The notes under the pieces were generated by a model. That model worked only from the letters and a program-made list of their open reading frames with translations, was not told the DNA's origin and searched no databases. DNA of 62,444 nucleotides, filler included, from Asterionella formosa (lineage: Eukaryota), in assembly GCA_002256025.1 (NCBI GenBank). It is 11 parts of 11 records of this genome, joined end to end, with 100 filler letters (N's around TTAATTAATTAA, not from the genome) between each part and the next. Parts side by side here need not be neighbours in the genome. Positions count along the whole stretch, not along the records: positions 11,394 to 16,985 come from NKIB01013001.1; positions 17,086 to 22,675 come from NKIB01013002.1; positions 22,776 to 28,365 come from NKIB01013003.1; 8 more parts are not named here. The stretch is one strand, 5' to 3'. Position numbers and translations under genes: made by a program. How positions within the stretch are numbered: position 1 is the first letter of the stretch; the number at the start of each line of letters is the position of its first letter. Shown one piece after another: positions 12,569-24,714 of this stretch.

Positions 12569-13004
12569 TTTTCAATTATACGATTATACAATCCTAAAAA
12601 TGTGATGATTTACTGTTCCGCTGCAGTAGCAGCAGTCATGAACATATGGTGTTCTGTTGCTTGCTTACTACTCCGACTACTCTCTTTCAATTTTACGATT
12701 GTACAATCCTAAAACTATGATGATTTACTGTACCGCTGCAGTAGCAGCAGTCATGAACAAATGGTGTTCTGTTGCTCGCTTACTACTCCGACTATTATTT
12801 TTCAATATTATGATCATACGATCCTAAAACTATGATGATTTTATGTCCCGCTGCAGTAGCAGCAGTCATGAACATATGGTGCTCTGTTGCTTGCTTACTA
12901 CTCCGACTACTCTCTTTTCAATTTTATGATCATACGATCCCAAAACTATGATGATTTACTGTCCCACTGCAGTAGTAACAGTCATAAACATATGGTGTTC
13001 TGTT
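12569..13004. repeat. Tandem array, about 3.8 copies of a 115-116 bp unit
   Basis: TTCAA anchor at 12571, 12686, 12801 and 12917; core ccgctgcagtagcagcagtcatgaacatatggtgttctgttgc. Confidence 0.95.
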
Positions 13005-13093
13005 TTATGATGTAGTACCGGTACACATGAAAAACTCCCGCTGGAGTATGTTTAAGGGTAATGAAGCCATCAATGTGGTACTTGGATGAAAAT

Positions 13094-13771
13094 CGTTGGG
13101 AGGCAGGACAACAACAAATTGTAAACTAAACGCACATTTCCTTTTTTCTCAGTTGATTCGCTCAACAGCTCGTTTCTCTTGTTGGGGAGCACCAATGTAA
13201 AACAAAACAAAGAAAAATTGGTAAGTGCTCTTGTCATTGGACTTATTCACTTCTGATGGAACATCCCTGATGGACACGCCACTTTACCTTCTCTCAAAGT
13301 TAAGCTAACGAAAATGAATCGGTAAGTTTTATTCGGCAACATTGGAAACCTGAAACTTTCTTATTCAAGAGTAATTTCCTGACAATTTACTATTACAGAC
13401 TTATGCATCACTTGCTTTGATTTGGCTGTGGTAAGTGAAGCAAGCAAGAGGATACGATGGAATGGCGTAATGTTGTGTCAATGTAACATGAGTAGCTAAC
13501 AAATCATTCCTTCTCATTGTTACTGTAACTGCATAGGACAATAAAACCAATCAAACAACGGAATAGTTGGCGAGTTTAGAGTGACACTAACAGCAGGAAA
13601 AGAGACACGACATTAGGAGGCACTACCTCACATATGAGTCAGAATAGAGGAAGGAAAGTGCGAGACAGGAACAATATACATTGAGCCGAGTAGAGAGAGA
13701 AACGTTGGGTCGCTGGCATGTAGAATAATAGATAGCATATACATTGTGTGATGATAATGTTCTTATTATCA
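13094..13771. mobile_element. Possible solo LTR or other insertion inside a TIR-family end
   Basis: (C/T)GTTGG...TATCA termini; interrupts homology to the TIR-family subterminus; no TSD seen. Confidence 0.3.
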
Positions 13772-13930
13772 TTGTACTTCAAGGTCGGTAAAATATTAAT
13801 AAATCATCATAGTTATAGGATACTTTGATCATAATTTTGATCCAAAAATTATCATAGATACGAAAATCCTGTGCCACTTATTGTACGATACCCTTGATCC
13901 TATATGCATGATACTTTTTATTTGCAGACG
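13766..13930 (-). mobile_element. Terminal segment of the CGTCTGC-TIR family (diverged relative)
   Basis: Aligns to the revcomp of 7129-7295 and ends TTTTTATTTGCAGACG. Confidence 0.85.
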
Positions 13931-15263
13931 TACTTCTCCCCAAGAATTAAATCTGTCAGATGGATATGCTGGCTCTCTAGTTGACCGTGTTGTTGAATAC
14001 AGGAATCGTGAAGATGCTCGAAATGGAATTGACCTTGATGCCCAAGCCCGTCAACGCAAGGAAACTGCCCAAGCCCATCTCGACTCCCAGAAGAAAAGAA
14101 TCTCTGCTGGCCTGTTGGCATCTGCTGGCATTCATGCTCTTGGACCAAATGTGCTTGCATCTGCACTGGTGAGGCAGAGAAAGGCAGAGGAACTGGTTAC
14201 TGAGCGTCAAAACAAAAGTCAGCATGAATTTATGAAGCTAAGGAACAAATTTATGGCTCTACGCGCAGCCAACAAGCCTGAGCGAGCATATGCTGTCAGT
14301 TCCTGAAATTAAGATCCTTGTGCGATGGTTTCGACGCAACGGAGATTTCATGGTACCACAAACAAGACAACCCTACTTATCTGCTTGGGAGAGACCTCAC
14401 TCCGAGGAGACCAGCAGGTGCCAGCAGAAGAGATCAAAACTGCTGTGTTTCTTGCTGCGAGTCCCATCCCCCCTATTCTCCCCCCCCCCCTTGGCCTGCA
14501 GTTGACAATTGTGCTGACACATAATTGGGAAATTGACATTGCAGTCGCACTGCCTTGCATGCTTCGGGCATGAAAGAATGTAAAGGGTGGCTGGCTGAGA
14601 GGAGGAACATGAAGGACAGCGACGAAACAAGGTGGCGGAAGCGAAAGCAGAGCAAGGTTGAGGCGAAGGTGGAGAAGCAAACAAGCAATCAAACAAAAAA
14701 TTCTCGCTTGGCTGACATCTGTCATAGTATTAATACCAAACCAGTAGCCTGATGTAAGCAGAACACTAAATAGTGACGAACGTAAATAATCAATCCCTAT
14801 ATAAATCTATATCAAACCATCATCAAAACGAATGAAAGTAAGATTATTGACACAAAGAATGAAATAATATTTGAATTAAAAGGCAAACGCATTATTTTTT
14901 AAGGTTTAAAAAATGAAAACAATGAATAATAAATGGGTAGATGATGCAACGGACAAATAATATTGTGGCAGGAAAAAGCTTTAGAGTAAACAATAGGGTA
15001 ATCGAAACCAGAATTTGAATATAAAATTGTCTTCAGGTACGAAGTAAAAAATATGTATTGATAGTCATACAAAACGACCATAATTATCAACTTTAAAAAC
15101 TTCATATCTCTTGAATTATGACGCTTCATTACTAATTAAACAGACCTATTGAAAGCGGAGAGCCTGTTCTACATTTAGCTACGTACTTGATTTGTTTTCA
15201 CCATGAAATTTGACTTAAATAGTTTGAGTCGAAACATGGGGTAAACTATATATGACTCTCAGT
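13931..15263 (+). mobile_element. 3' remnant of a DNA transposon: frameshifted transposase-like C-terminus plus an AT-rich terminal region
   Basis: ELNLSDGYAGSLVDRVV...RISAGLL...LSVPEIKILVRWFRRNGD resembles C-termini of diatom DDE-type transposases (recalled, not searched); cut at its 5' side by the TIR end. Confidence 0.4.
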
Positions 15264-17089
15264 TTTTAGGTGGTACCAGGTACCTGGTACCTGATGGATG
15301 CGCATACATACATGTCAGTACGAAATGGTGTGTTGTAGAATCTTGTCGGCATGAACTTTTCTTTGTCCTTGTCATTAAATATTGCGAAACCATATGATCG
15401 GTCTACATTTTGCCACGGCCCACCTTTGTCATTGCTAGCTACGGATGTGCTCATTTGTATGAAGCGACGATCGATTATCGCAGCAATCAACCGAAGTCCA
15501 TGCTGTCTCGTCAATCTCTGAAATTCTAGGAAGTATCCAGCAAAATTGCAGGTTGTAGTAGTATCTTATGATAGTTGCATGTTGGTGGTAATGCGACCAC
15601 AATTCTAACAGCTCGTTGCATGTGTGGATGTGAATTTAAAATAGAATGTTGATGAGTAGATATCATGACAGCCATAAAAATGTGCGTTTGATTATGTAGT
15701 CATCTGATTTATTGTCATACTTCTTCGTTTTCGTTGCCAATTCAAGCCCAGCAATTGATTGCCAACTATCTTCGATTTACCACCCAGTTCTTATTGCTAG
15801 AAAAACCTTCGAATGTTTTCATCTTTTCATTACCGACTTCAAGTTTTTAAACTCTGGCGCATTATTGATTGGTGAATTGAATCAAGCAGCCAGCTTTCTG
15901 GATTCTCTATCACCATGTCATGCAAATTTGTCACTGAGGGTCCACCATTTGTTGCAAGCTGATAAAGCAGGTCGGGTAGTTAAAAATTCACACAAATAGC
16001 ATGATTCTTTGATGGATTTAAAAGATGATTGAATTCGCTCCATAAGCCTATCATTGAGGCTTCATGAGCGATACATTCAACCGAAGAATCAGGCCATTAT
16101 TGAATGTTGTCAACAAATTTCAACAGAACAAGTAGAACTGACACTACTAATAGCTAGCTATTCATTTCATCTACATTCTATCATTTGGTTGAGGTTGAAA
16201 TGAAGTGATAGTGAGTCGTAATTTACATCTTGTGTGTATACTATAGTTACAATATTTTTTGTCATCTGCTCCGCCCTGCAACATGCGTATTATCAGTACT
16301 TTCTGTATTAGGTATCGATGGGTGTGGTCCGCCCGAGGTAGAAGTCGTTCTCATGTGTACATTTTGTACCGACCATTTTTTTGGTGTCCTCGGTTTGACC
16401 TAAAATTCAGGGTGTGAATTAGAAGTCTTTTTCTTTGTACAGATATTCCGTAGAACAGGGGATTACCAAACATTGGACATTTTTTGATCGTCAGACATTA
16501 TGAAAAAAAAATTTCAACGATTTCTCCATATTCTAAAACATAAATAGCTCTATTCAAAGCAATGTTCATAAATATATTCCCACCAAATGTCGACTACTAT
16601 ATGGCTTTGATTTTGATGACTAACGAGAAAAATCCAATTGGACTACCCAAAAGGTAGGTGAAAAAAGGATTCCTTCCATATTTCCACTTTTTGGAACTCG
16701 TTTTCTTCTCCATTAATCTTGTCTGTTGCGTTGTTGCGGGTTTGAGCATGTGAATTTCTCGGTAGGTCTTACATAATTTCACATTCAGAAGTTTCTGGTT
16801 TAAGATGTTTCTGGATCATTCATGCGAGACAACAGAGCCCATCATTGTTGATATGGTTATTCAGTCTTTCAAGTAGCTATTGTGGAAATATACCAAGTGG
16901 CTAACTCCTAGGGTTAATTTTCCCATTGTGAATATGAGGCATTATATTATGTGTTGAACATTTATGATACCGGGGAATAATGGATNNNNNNNNNNNNNNN
17001 NNNNNNNNNNNNNNNNNNNNNNNNNNNNNTTAATTAATTAANNNNNNNNNNNNNNNNNNNNNNNNNNNNNNNNNNNNNNNNNNNNTCCG

Positions 17090-17225
17090 ATAATTGTACA
17101 AAGATTCCAAAATGTGCCAACTTAAATATTCCAAGTAGTAATTGATGAAGAGCCTCAAATGTAGTTGCACCAAATAATCCTTCTAAGTCACCACCAAAGA
17201 AATGATTTATTAGTGCAGGCATAAT
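17090..17225 (-). pseudogene. Plavaka/CACTA-related transposase-like fragment
   Basis: FGGDLEGLFGATTFEALHQLLLGIFK resembles the FGGD..G..GA.P.E.LH...LG motif of Plavaka-type transposases; runs into the contig edge. Confidence 0.45.
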
Positions 17226-18082
17226 ATGGGTGGAGCATCTGACGAAAATCGGTGTTGAGGTTTTTTTGACGCCAATGTGGGCTTGCTTGCTGGCTGAACT
17301 TCTTGCAGATGAAGACATTGAGTAACCTGGGACTGTGAAGCCAAAGGATAAAGAAAAATCTACGACAAGGGTGGTGAGATAGTGTTTAGGAGGGGGGAGC
17401 AAAAGTTATCATAGCTGAACGCATTCGAAAATTTGTATAGACAATAGATGGTGGCATGCCATCGCTGCTCTTGGCTGACAGCTGCCAATTCAAGTACAAA
17501 CACAACAAGGGTGTACTAAAGAAAGTCCAATTTTAATCGACTGGCTGATACTTAGTTGTGAGACTCAGCCACCATTCTGCAATGGGGTGGACTTTGATCA
17601 TTGCTTTGTTCAAAGCACAATCAATTCAAATGCTGTCCAGTGAAACAGCCAATGAAAACAATTGTGGTGGCGAAAAAGTGCAGAACAGATCAAGAGCGAG
17701 ATTTCATAGGAATTAAAATATCAGGGCATATATGATGCACTGCTCCTTGTGTAGACTAGCTATATTTGATCATTTGCTTATTTCATACTATACAGGTGCA
17801 TGGATGACTCCTCCCACCCTTTCATTAGATATGCAGCCATGTTGCGATAATTCTACAGGACCTATAGGATTGGTAGTCTGGTAGTTATCATTTCCGCATT
17901 GTATATACCAATAGGACTCATGTATGCATGCATGCTGCGATAATTCTTACAAGACATAAAAATTTGGTAGCTTGCACTTGGGGTTAGTATCACTTCCGTA
18001 CTGTATACAGCAGGGGGGGAAAGGGGTTGCATGCATGAGCGAATACTCCGGTATAAACTATGATCTTTCATCAATGAATTTT

Positions 18083-19872
18083 GATTCGTTTATCCTATAC
18101 CTTTGATCATAACATATTGATCATATGATGAACGGTGTTGTTGATGAGAAAATGAACGATCAACATTTATTTTCAAGAATCAGGATCAATTGATCTTAGA
18201 AATATGATCAAATGATCCTAAACACATGAGGATATTCAGTTTTCCGCTGCACTTTTGTGGTATTTCCATGATGGAAGTAATTACCAGCAATTATACAGTA
18301 CTACCAGTAGGCCATATGAATTTTGGTCAATATGTCTATATACATCAATGTATGATTTTGACCATTCGAAAAATTGGTGATGACTCCCGTTTATTAAGAG
18401 GCTTTCTTAAATCAGCCACTGACTTGTAGGTAGTACAAGAATTGACACAAAACAAATTGAAAAAATTCAACAGATCGTGGAAAAATATAAACTCATCATG
18501 CATTGTATAAATTTGAATTATGATGACTCCTGTTTATTAAGGGGCTTAATTAAATCAGCCAGCCACTGACTTGTAGGTACAAGAATTGACACAAACAAGA
18601 AATTTAAAAAATTCAACAGGTCATGGTAACTCATCATGCATTGTATATATTTTAATTATGTATAATCAAAATTGATATTAGTATACACTGGATGTGCCAT
18701 ATAATGAACGCTTTTAAAACTATGCATTTGTTCAACTATATATACATTTAAACTTCTTACAAATCTTTTTATATATGTATTCATGGCTGAAAAATTTGAA
18801 ATCATGTTTTCATGTGGTTCCTTGTCTTGCATTCACTGCTTTGCTCCTGAAATGAAGCATTATCACACATGATAATGCGGAAAACGAAAGTGATAATACA
18901 GCACAATGATGTTTGTGGTTTAGAAGAGAAGGGCGGAATCAATTGATGGTAAGTCAAGAGCAAATGCCTTTCATGTTCTTTGTCATGCTGCATCCACTTC
19001 CTCAAATGAAGGATCTCAAGCAACACATGATGCGAAAAACTGAAGTGACAGTACAGCACGATGATATACCATGCGGCTAAGAAGGAGTGAATATGATGGA
19101 GAAGGGCGGAATCAACAGGCTGTGCATAGCATCACGGTTTGTCAAGAGCAAATGCCAGGATGATCAATTGCTGGGATTTCAAATACGGAATGACTCGTCC
19201 CCTTTCAGTGATTCAATAGCAGCTCCTTTTCGATTTGGTGGCTGGCCAACCATCAATGTGGACTAAAGAAATCGGTAAGTGCTATTAGCCATCTTTGGAT
19301 CAATCTACAACTGTTAGAAAAACTGACACATATGTGTTGCTTCTCTCAGGATAATGGTAGACAAACAGTATTTGTAAGTTACAAACAACAGCAGCATTGT
19401 AGCCCATTTATTGATCTATACTTTCTCATTCAATCTTCAGCTGACACATTGTTCTTTTATAGAAATATGCATCAGTTACTTCCTCAAATTGTGATAAGTT
19501 CAATAGAAGCGAAATGCATGTTGTTGTGTAAGCAAAACATGAACAGCTAACAATGAATTGCTTCTCTTTGTTAGTATGACTGATTGGAACAATGAAATGG
19601 ATTCAATAGTGCGTAAATGCAAACTCAGAACCCTCAGGAGTATATGGAACAAAGCAGGTGAACAACGGCAAGTTAACCAGTATAACAACCTTCAGAATTG
19701 GGTTGGGGGGGTATGTGGAAGTGAAAGCGGCACCAACAATCATTGCGATGAGAGCATTGTAGAACATTCTGTAGCCACTAAAGTTATAGAAACATAAAAC
19801 CATTCTTAAATATAGTTCTAAATTTCGATCAATTTCATCCTATTTTAGACAGTGATATCGATGAGAATTTCG
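18083..19872 (-). mobile_element. CGTCTGC-TIR family copy 2 (internal part, reverse orientation)
   Basis: Colinear with the revcomp of about 7380-9066; carries a private tandem duplication of about 140 bp at 18379-18660. Confidence 0.9.
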
Positions 19873-20418
19873 ATCAGGGTGAAGGTTGTGATTTTGGTGA
19901 AAATTCATATTATATATCTTGACTGGCTACTGAAAATGTTTCCATGTCAAAGGTCTTTGCTAAAACTCATTTTGGAAAAATTATTACAGATTGGATGGAG
20001 ACAAACCACTCATCACCTGTACCAGGTAAAGTCTTCCCTGTTTACATCTTAGAAGGCATGACATCAATTCATCAGGTGTGTGATATTGCTTTGAATAAAC
20101 CTCTCAAGGCTGCAATCAAGAAGCTTTTTTCTGATTTCAGGCAAAAAGCCATAGCTGATTACACTGCCAGAGAGCTGGTTGGTTGTGCTCTCACAGTACC
20201 GAGGGAAGATCTGGTTGGAATGATTGAGACTGCCTTGCTTTGATAAAATAAACCTAGGAAATAAGCCCAGGAGATGGATTGCAGCTGTATTTGCAACATG
20301 TGGGCAGGATCCTTGGTCAGTCAACTTGGACAGTTTTGAAAAACATCTTGTTTCCCTCAATGACAATGCAATATATTTGAACATGCAAAAATCGACAAGT
20401 CAATTGAAATTGACATAG
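19873..20418 (+). pseudogene. pogo/Tc5-like DDE_1 transposase C-terminal remnant
   Basis: VYILEGMTSIHQVCDIALNKPLKAAIK matches the DDE_1 pattern (P.G.TS..Q..D...NKP.K); frameshift near 20240. Confidence 0.7.
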
Positions 20419-20784
20419 AAACTATCATTGTAAAGTCACTAGTAATCATCAGACCAGCCATATCAGTCATTCATACTGCCATGTTATGGAAAGACATTGT
20501 AATGGCACTGTGAATAATGTATAAAGCTAGCTAGCTTGCTTACTACCTTGCTTACTACAATTTTTTAAAGTTAAAAAGTCAGAATATGAAGGTTTGAGGA
20601 ACTCTATTGGGTAATACGTCTGCAGACATAGAGTGCTTTCAATTTGCAAAAACCAATCCAGTCATGCAATGTAAAACGCCATTTAGCTATACCACACCAT
20701 TTTGGGAATGCTGGTTTTCCAATAATGATTCCCCTATAACTCCTGTCATATCTACTCAGCAGCAACCATTTGTGTTCAACAATC

Positions 20785-22200
20785 ACGCGGACTCATTGCT
20801 ATTATGTCGACCGCCTTTGCTTGTGCAGCTTGTGTTGCGGATGCTATTTGCCGCGTGAAGGCAGTGGGATGATCCTAGTGCGTTTGCTTTGCATTACTCG
20901 GGTCTTTGCGATGGTCCAACTCAGCCATTTGGTATCGAAGCCGGATCATTCGAGTCTCTAGCTTCAAATCCCCAAAATTTACGAACCAAATATATGTTAT
21001 CTACGCTTCCAGTGTCATGATTATTTGAGGGGATCAACTCTGAGATGTGATGGTACATTCAACCTCACAATATTTAATTTCGATGTAAGCGAAACTTCGA
21101 CTGCAGGTGTGATGTAAAATTGATCACACAGCTTGTGATCCAATTTGCCTCGCCTAGGCCCTATCCCGCAACCGACGAGGCAGGGGCAAATCATGATGTT
21201 ACCATGATCTCTGGGAGGAATGGAGCGATTGTTGAAGTTCTTCCTGACTTTGAGTACTTCCGTGATATCATTTTCCATTTCAAGCACTCTGTGTCAGGCA
21301 AGTCACAGGCTGCTGAAACGAAAGACAACAAGCCACAAGTCTGGTTCCCTTCCGATGCTATTCTTCAATGGGACAAAAATAGGAAGGAAAAAGAAGATCC
21401 TGAACTGTTATACAGCGTTATGGCATACCAAGGTTTTCCTCAAGAGTTTGTGGACAAATCTGCCGCAGTCCAAACCGGTCCTGGTGCCTTCCAAGGTTTC
21501 CTGTCGTTGTTCGGAAAATCGAAGACAGAGCGGCAGCGATTATTGTCTGCAGAACCGACTAGAGTTGTCAATTCCTGTGGTGAAAAATTCCAAAAATCAA
21601 GAGCCAAGCCTATTCCGGTTGAAAACGAGGATGATGTCCTTCATTTGACAAAAGAGGAATTGCCTTCATTTGAAAACGTGATGTCACCGTCAGATGCTGA
21701 GCGATTCATTCAGTTCTTAACTTTCCCTTACATTCTAATTCCTCTCATTTTAGACTTCTTTGCAAATGGTGACCCTGGACGGCTTCTGGCTTGAAAACCA
21801 AGTCTTTGCAGCTGATCGTTGGTGCATGCCTGTTTGAGGCAGGAAATTGGCGACCCACTGATTTCACGGACATAACAGAAGTTCCAGTAGTGGATCGGGA
21901 GAAGCTGAAGGCTCTTCTGGCGACCCCTCATGGCACTCTCTTCAATGAGATCGCCAAGTCTCCTGACGTTTTAACATTGTGTGTAATCAAAATGTTCGAA
22001 AGGGCGCTTGACATGGACGTTGGGAAGTACACAAAGTTGCCATCGTCTGGTCCATTGATTCTGTATACAATTTGGTTGGCTGTTGCTTCGCATTGAAGGA
22101 TAAATGAAATACGCATTAAGCAATTGAAAGAAGTTGTTGTCTGGCAGCATCTGCCTGTCATCAATATCTACAATGTAAAGGAATACGGGAGGAGGCATTT
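20785..22200 (+). pseudogene. Internal fragment of a giant protist protein (DUF3638/DUF3645-type, tentative), disrupted
   Basis: Coding-like run DDPSAFALHYSG...FEYFRDIIFHFK...ENEDDVLHL...PYILIPLILDFF...LATPHGTLFNEI with frameshifts and a TGA near 21792; no start or end of the parent gene. Confidence 0.55.
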
Positions 22201-22906
22201 GAGAGTGCTGGAGTACACATCTAGCATGTCTTTGTGTCTTCACAAAGGCACAGGAGAACCTTATCGAGACAGAGTTGGAGGCATTTTGTCTCTTTCTACA
22301 GGGATTCCGATGACAACTCTTCGTCCTGATGCTTTGCTTATCATACATGATTACATAAGCAACAGGACAATAGGTATTAAATTATCTGCGTGCGGCTAGA
22401 GTTAGATACTCTTTTTCGGGGTGAGTAAAATCTATTGAAATATTCATTAGGTTCCAGGTACCTACCAATATAATATAAATTTTGATAATATTATATATTG
22501 ACTACAATGACTACAAACAAAGAGGTATTCAATTCCATAGTAGTAGTAAGTTGAAACACATAGAGATTCCTGATTCCTGATCAGGTTATGAGTGTCAATA
22601 TATTTCGCCTCTAGTGACCTGATTAGGAACATGTACCACAATCCACTAGATGATTGATTCAAGATCAAATGGTTANNNNNNNNNNNNNNNNNNNNNNNNN
22701 NNNNNNNNNNNNNNNNNNNTTAATTAATTAANNNNNNNNNNNNNNNNNNNNNNNNNNNNNNNNNNNNNNNNNNNNTATATTGTTTCAGGAAAATAATTCC
22801 TTTTACCGTTTCTGGTTTTAATTTATTATTATACCGATAAATCCTTCCATGACAACAAAGAGTTGTATGCACATGCGTAGCTACCAGCGACAACGACAAC
22901 GACTAT

Positions 22907-24529
22907 ATGACTGATGCCATCAACGACGATGCTGCCTTGTCGAATGACTCAGCAAATAAGTCCTTCCTTGCCAAGCTCTCCTCTTCCGAACTGAGCCAAC
23001 TGGTGGCTCTCCAACTGCGACATCGGTTCGTGGATCATTTATGGACTACATCGTTGTGGCAATCCCTGCAAAAAGTGGGGGTGGTCTATCGGAATGGTCC
23101 CTATCATTTTGCTAAAGGAGGATTGATTTTTGACTCCTCCAAGGAGTTATTTCTCTTTTTGGATGAATTTGCAATACCAGACATTGACAATCGATTGGAA
23201 CTGGATGTTTACAGTAACAACAACAGTGATATGACGGAGGAAAGAAAGAGGATTGGACGAGAACTGAGAAACTCGGTGCTGTTGGATATGTTCAAGAAAA
23301 GCATGGAATCACTCAAGGGAATCAAGTCTCCGATTACGACAAGGCCTGAGTTTATGCTCGAGAAAGGAAGAAATACTAAAGTTGACAACCGTCAACGAAT
23401 CACCAGGAAGTCCAACAACAAGAGTGTCACAGTCGTGGAAGCTGGCGCTGACTTGTTGTTCAGAAATGTCAAGCGCAAAAGAAAACTAAAGGGGGACACG
23501 ACAGATCACATGCTGTCACCACAACAAGTGGCTGACATCTTCTCGTTGCAAAATATGGAAAACAGCTATCAGGGCACAACAACCGACTTTGAAGAATGGA
23601 GATTTCTCTTGTCTACTAATCATTCTGTTATGTTGCATGGTCTTGGTTCGAAACAAGAGTTGCTTGAAAAATTCTCTCAATACATTCAAGCAACACATTG
23701 TGGGGATGTTCTCGCTATTCACGGCTATCACCGCGAAGTAACAATTGAAGAAATTCTGGACTTGCTCGTGAGCCAATTTCTGGACGGCGTCGAACCAAAA
23801 CAAGTCCAAGACGTTTTTGCCTTGCGATCCACAGGCATCTCATCACCTGCCTTGCTAGGAACTCATCCATGGGTACGCCGTGCCATGGCGATAGGACAAG
23901 GGCTGGCACAGCGTGCAATCAAGTGCAAACGACCCATTTTTTGGTGCTTACACAATATAGATGGCGCAGGGTTGCAGAATAGAACTGCACAACAAGGAAT
24001 AGCAGCTCTTCTTGTAAATTCTCGGGTCACAAAGGAATCATCCGGACTTCGCTTGATTGCTTCCATGGATCATGTCAATGCTACTGCCATGCTGTGGGAC
24101 ACACAAACGCAGGCGAATCTTGCCATTTGTTGGAAACAAGTCCACACGTTTCGACCATATCTTGAAGAGATGAAGTGGGGCATGGAAGAAGAAAACCGAA
24201 AAGCAACATTGGAACGCCTCAAATCGGCAAACGAGTCTGACGAAAATGATTTTACCGAAGTATTGTCGGCTTTGTCACCTCGCCATTCCGAAGTCCTTCG
24301 AGTCCTGGCATCGCTACAGTTGAAATCACCCGACACGCCAGTTCATTATGAAGCGTTCTTTCTCATGTGCAAGCACAAGTGTGTAGTTGCATCAGACAAA
24401 GATTTACTTTCCTTTTTAACCGAATTGGTTGATCATGGAATTGTTGAGAGGGGGAGAGACGGAGGTAGAGAAATGTTGAAGATTCCATACAGCGAAGAAC
24501 GACTGCATTTCATTTTAGAGAATTGCTAA
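22907..24529 (+). CDS. ORC2: Origin recognition complex subunit 2
   Basis: EWRFLLSTNHSVMLHGLGSKQELLEKF, LHNIDG, LIASMDHVNA..LWD, HTFRPY..E, FLTELVDH motifs; 540 aa. Confidence 0.9.
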   Translation: MTDAINDDAALSNDSANKSFLAKLSSSELSQLVALQLRHRFVDHLWTTSLWQSLQKVGVVYRNGPYHFAKGGLIFDSSKELFLFLDEFAIPDIDNRLELDVYSNNNSDMTEERKRIGRELRNSVLLDMFKKSMESLKGIKSPITTRPEFMLEKGRNTKVDNRQRITRKSNNKSVTVVEAGADLLFRNVKRKRKLKGDTTDHMLSPQQVADIFSLQNMENSYQGTTTDFEEWRFLLSTNHSVMLHGLGSKQELLEKFSQYIQATHCGDVLAIHGYHREVTIEEILDLLVSQFLDGVEPKQVQDVFALRSTGISSPALLGTHPWVRRAMAIGQGLAQRAIKCKRPIFWCLHNIDGAGLQNRTAQQGIAALLVNSRVTKESSGLRLIASMDHVNATAMLWDTQTQANLAICWKQVHTFRPYLEEMKWGMEEENRKATLERLKSANESDENDFTEVLSALSPRHSEVLRVLASLQLKSPDTPVHYEAFFLMCKHKCVVASDKDLLSFLTELVDHGIVERGRDGGREMLKIPYSEERLHFILENC

Positions 24530-24714
24530 TCAATGTGAATGGAGGGTTGTTTCGTTGAGTGAGCTGCACAACAAGGCGATCCAGCAACTGACAATCAGTC
24601 ACGCGAGAGGCGATATCAAGTAGAAGGCAGCCATTCAGAAGCAAGCCTATGTCGTACAAAGGGAACCTTTGGTCTTAGAACCCAGAAATGTCATTATTTC
24701 AAGAATTAATCCTT

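Noticed and set aside
12569..13004. Tandem array as a CRISPR-like locus
   Set aside because: Units are similar along their whole length with no unique spacers, and there is no cas-like gene.
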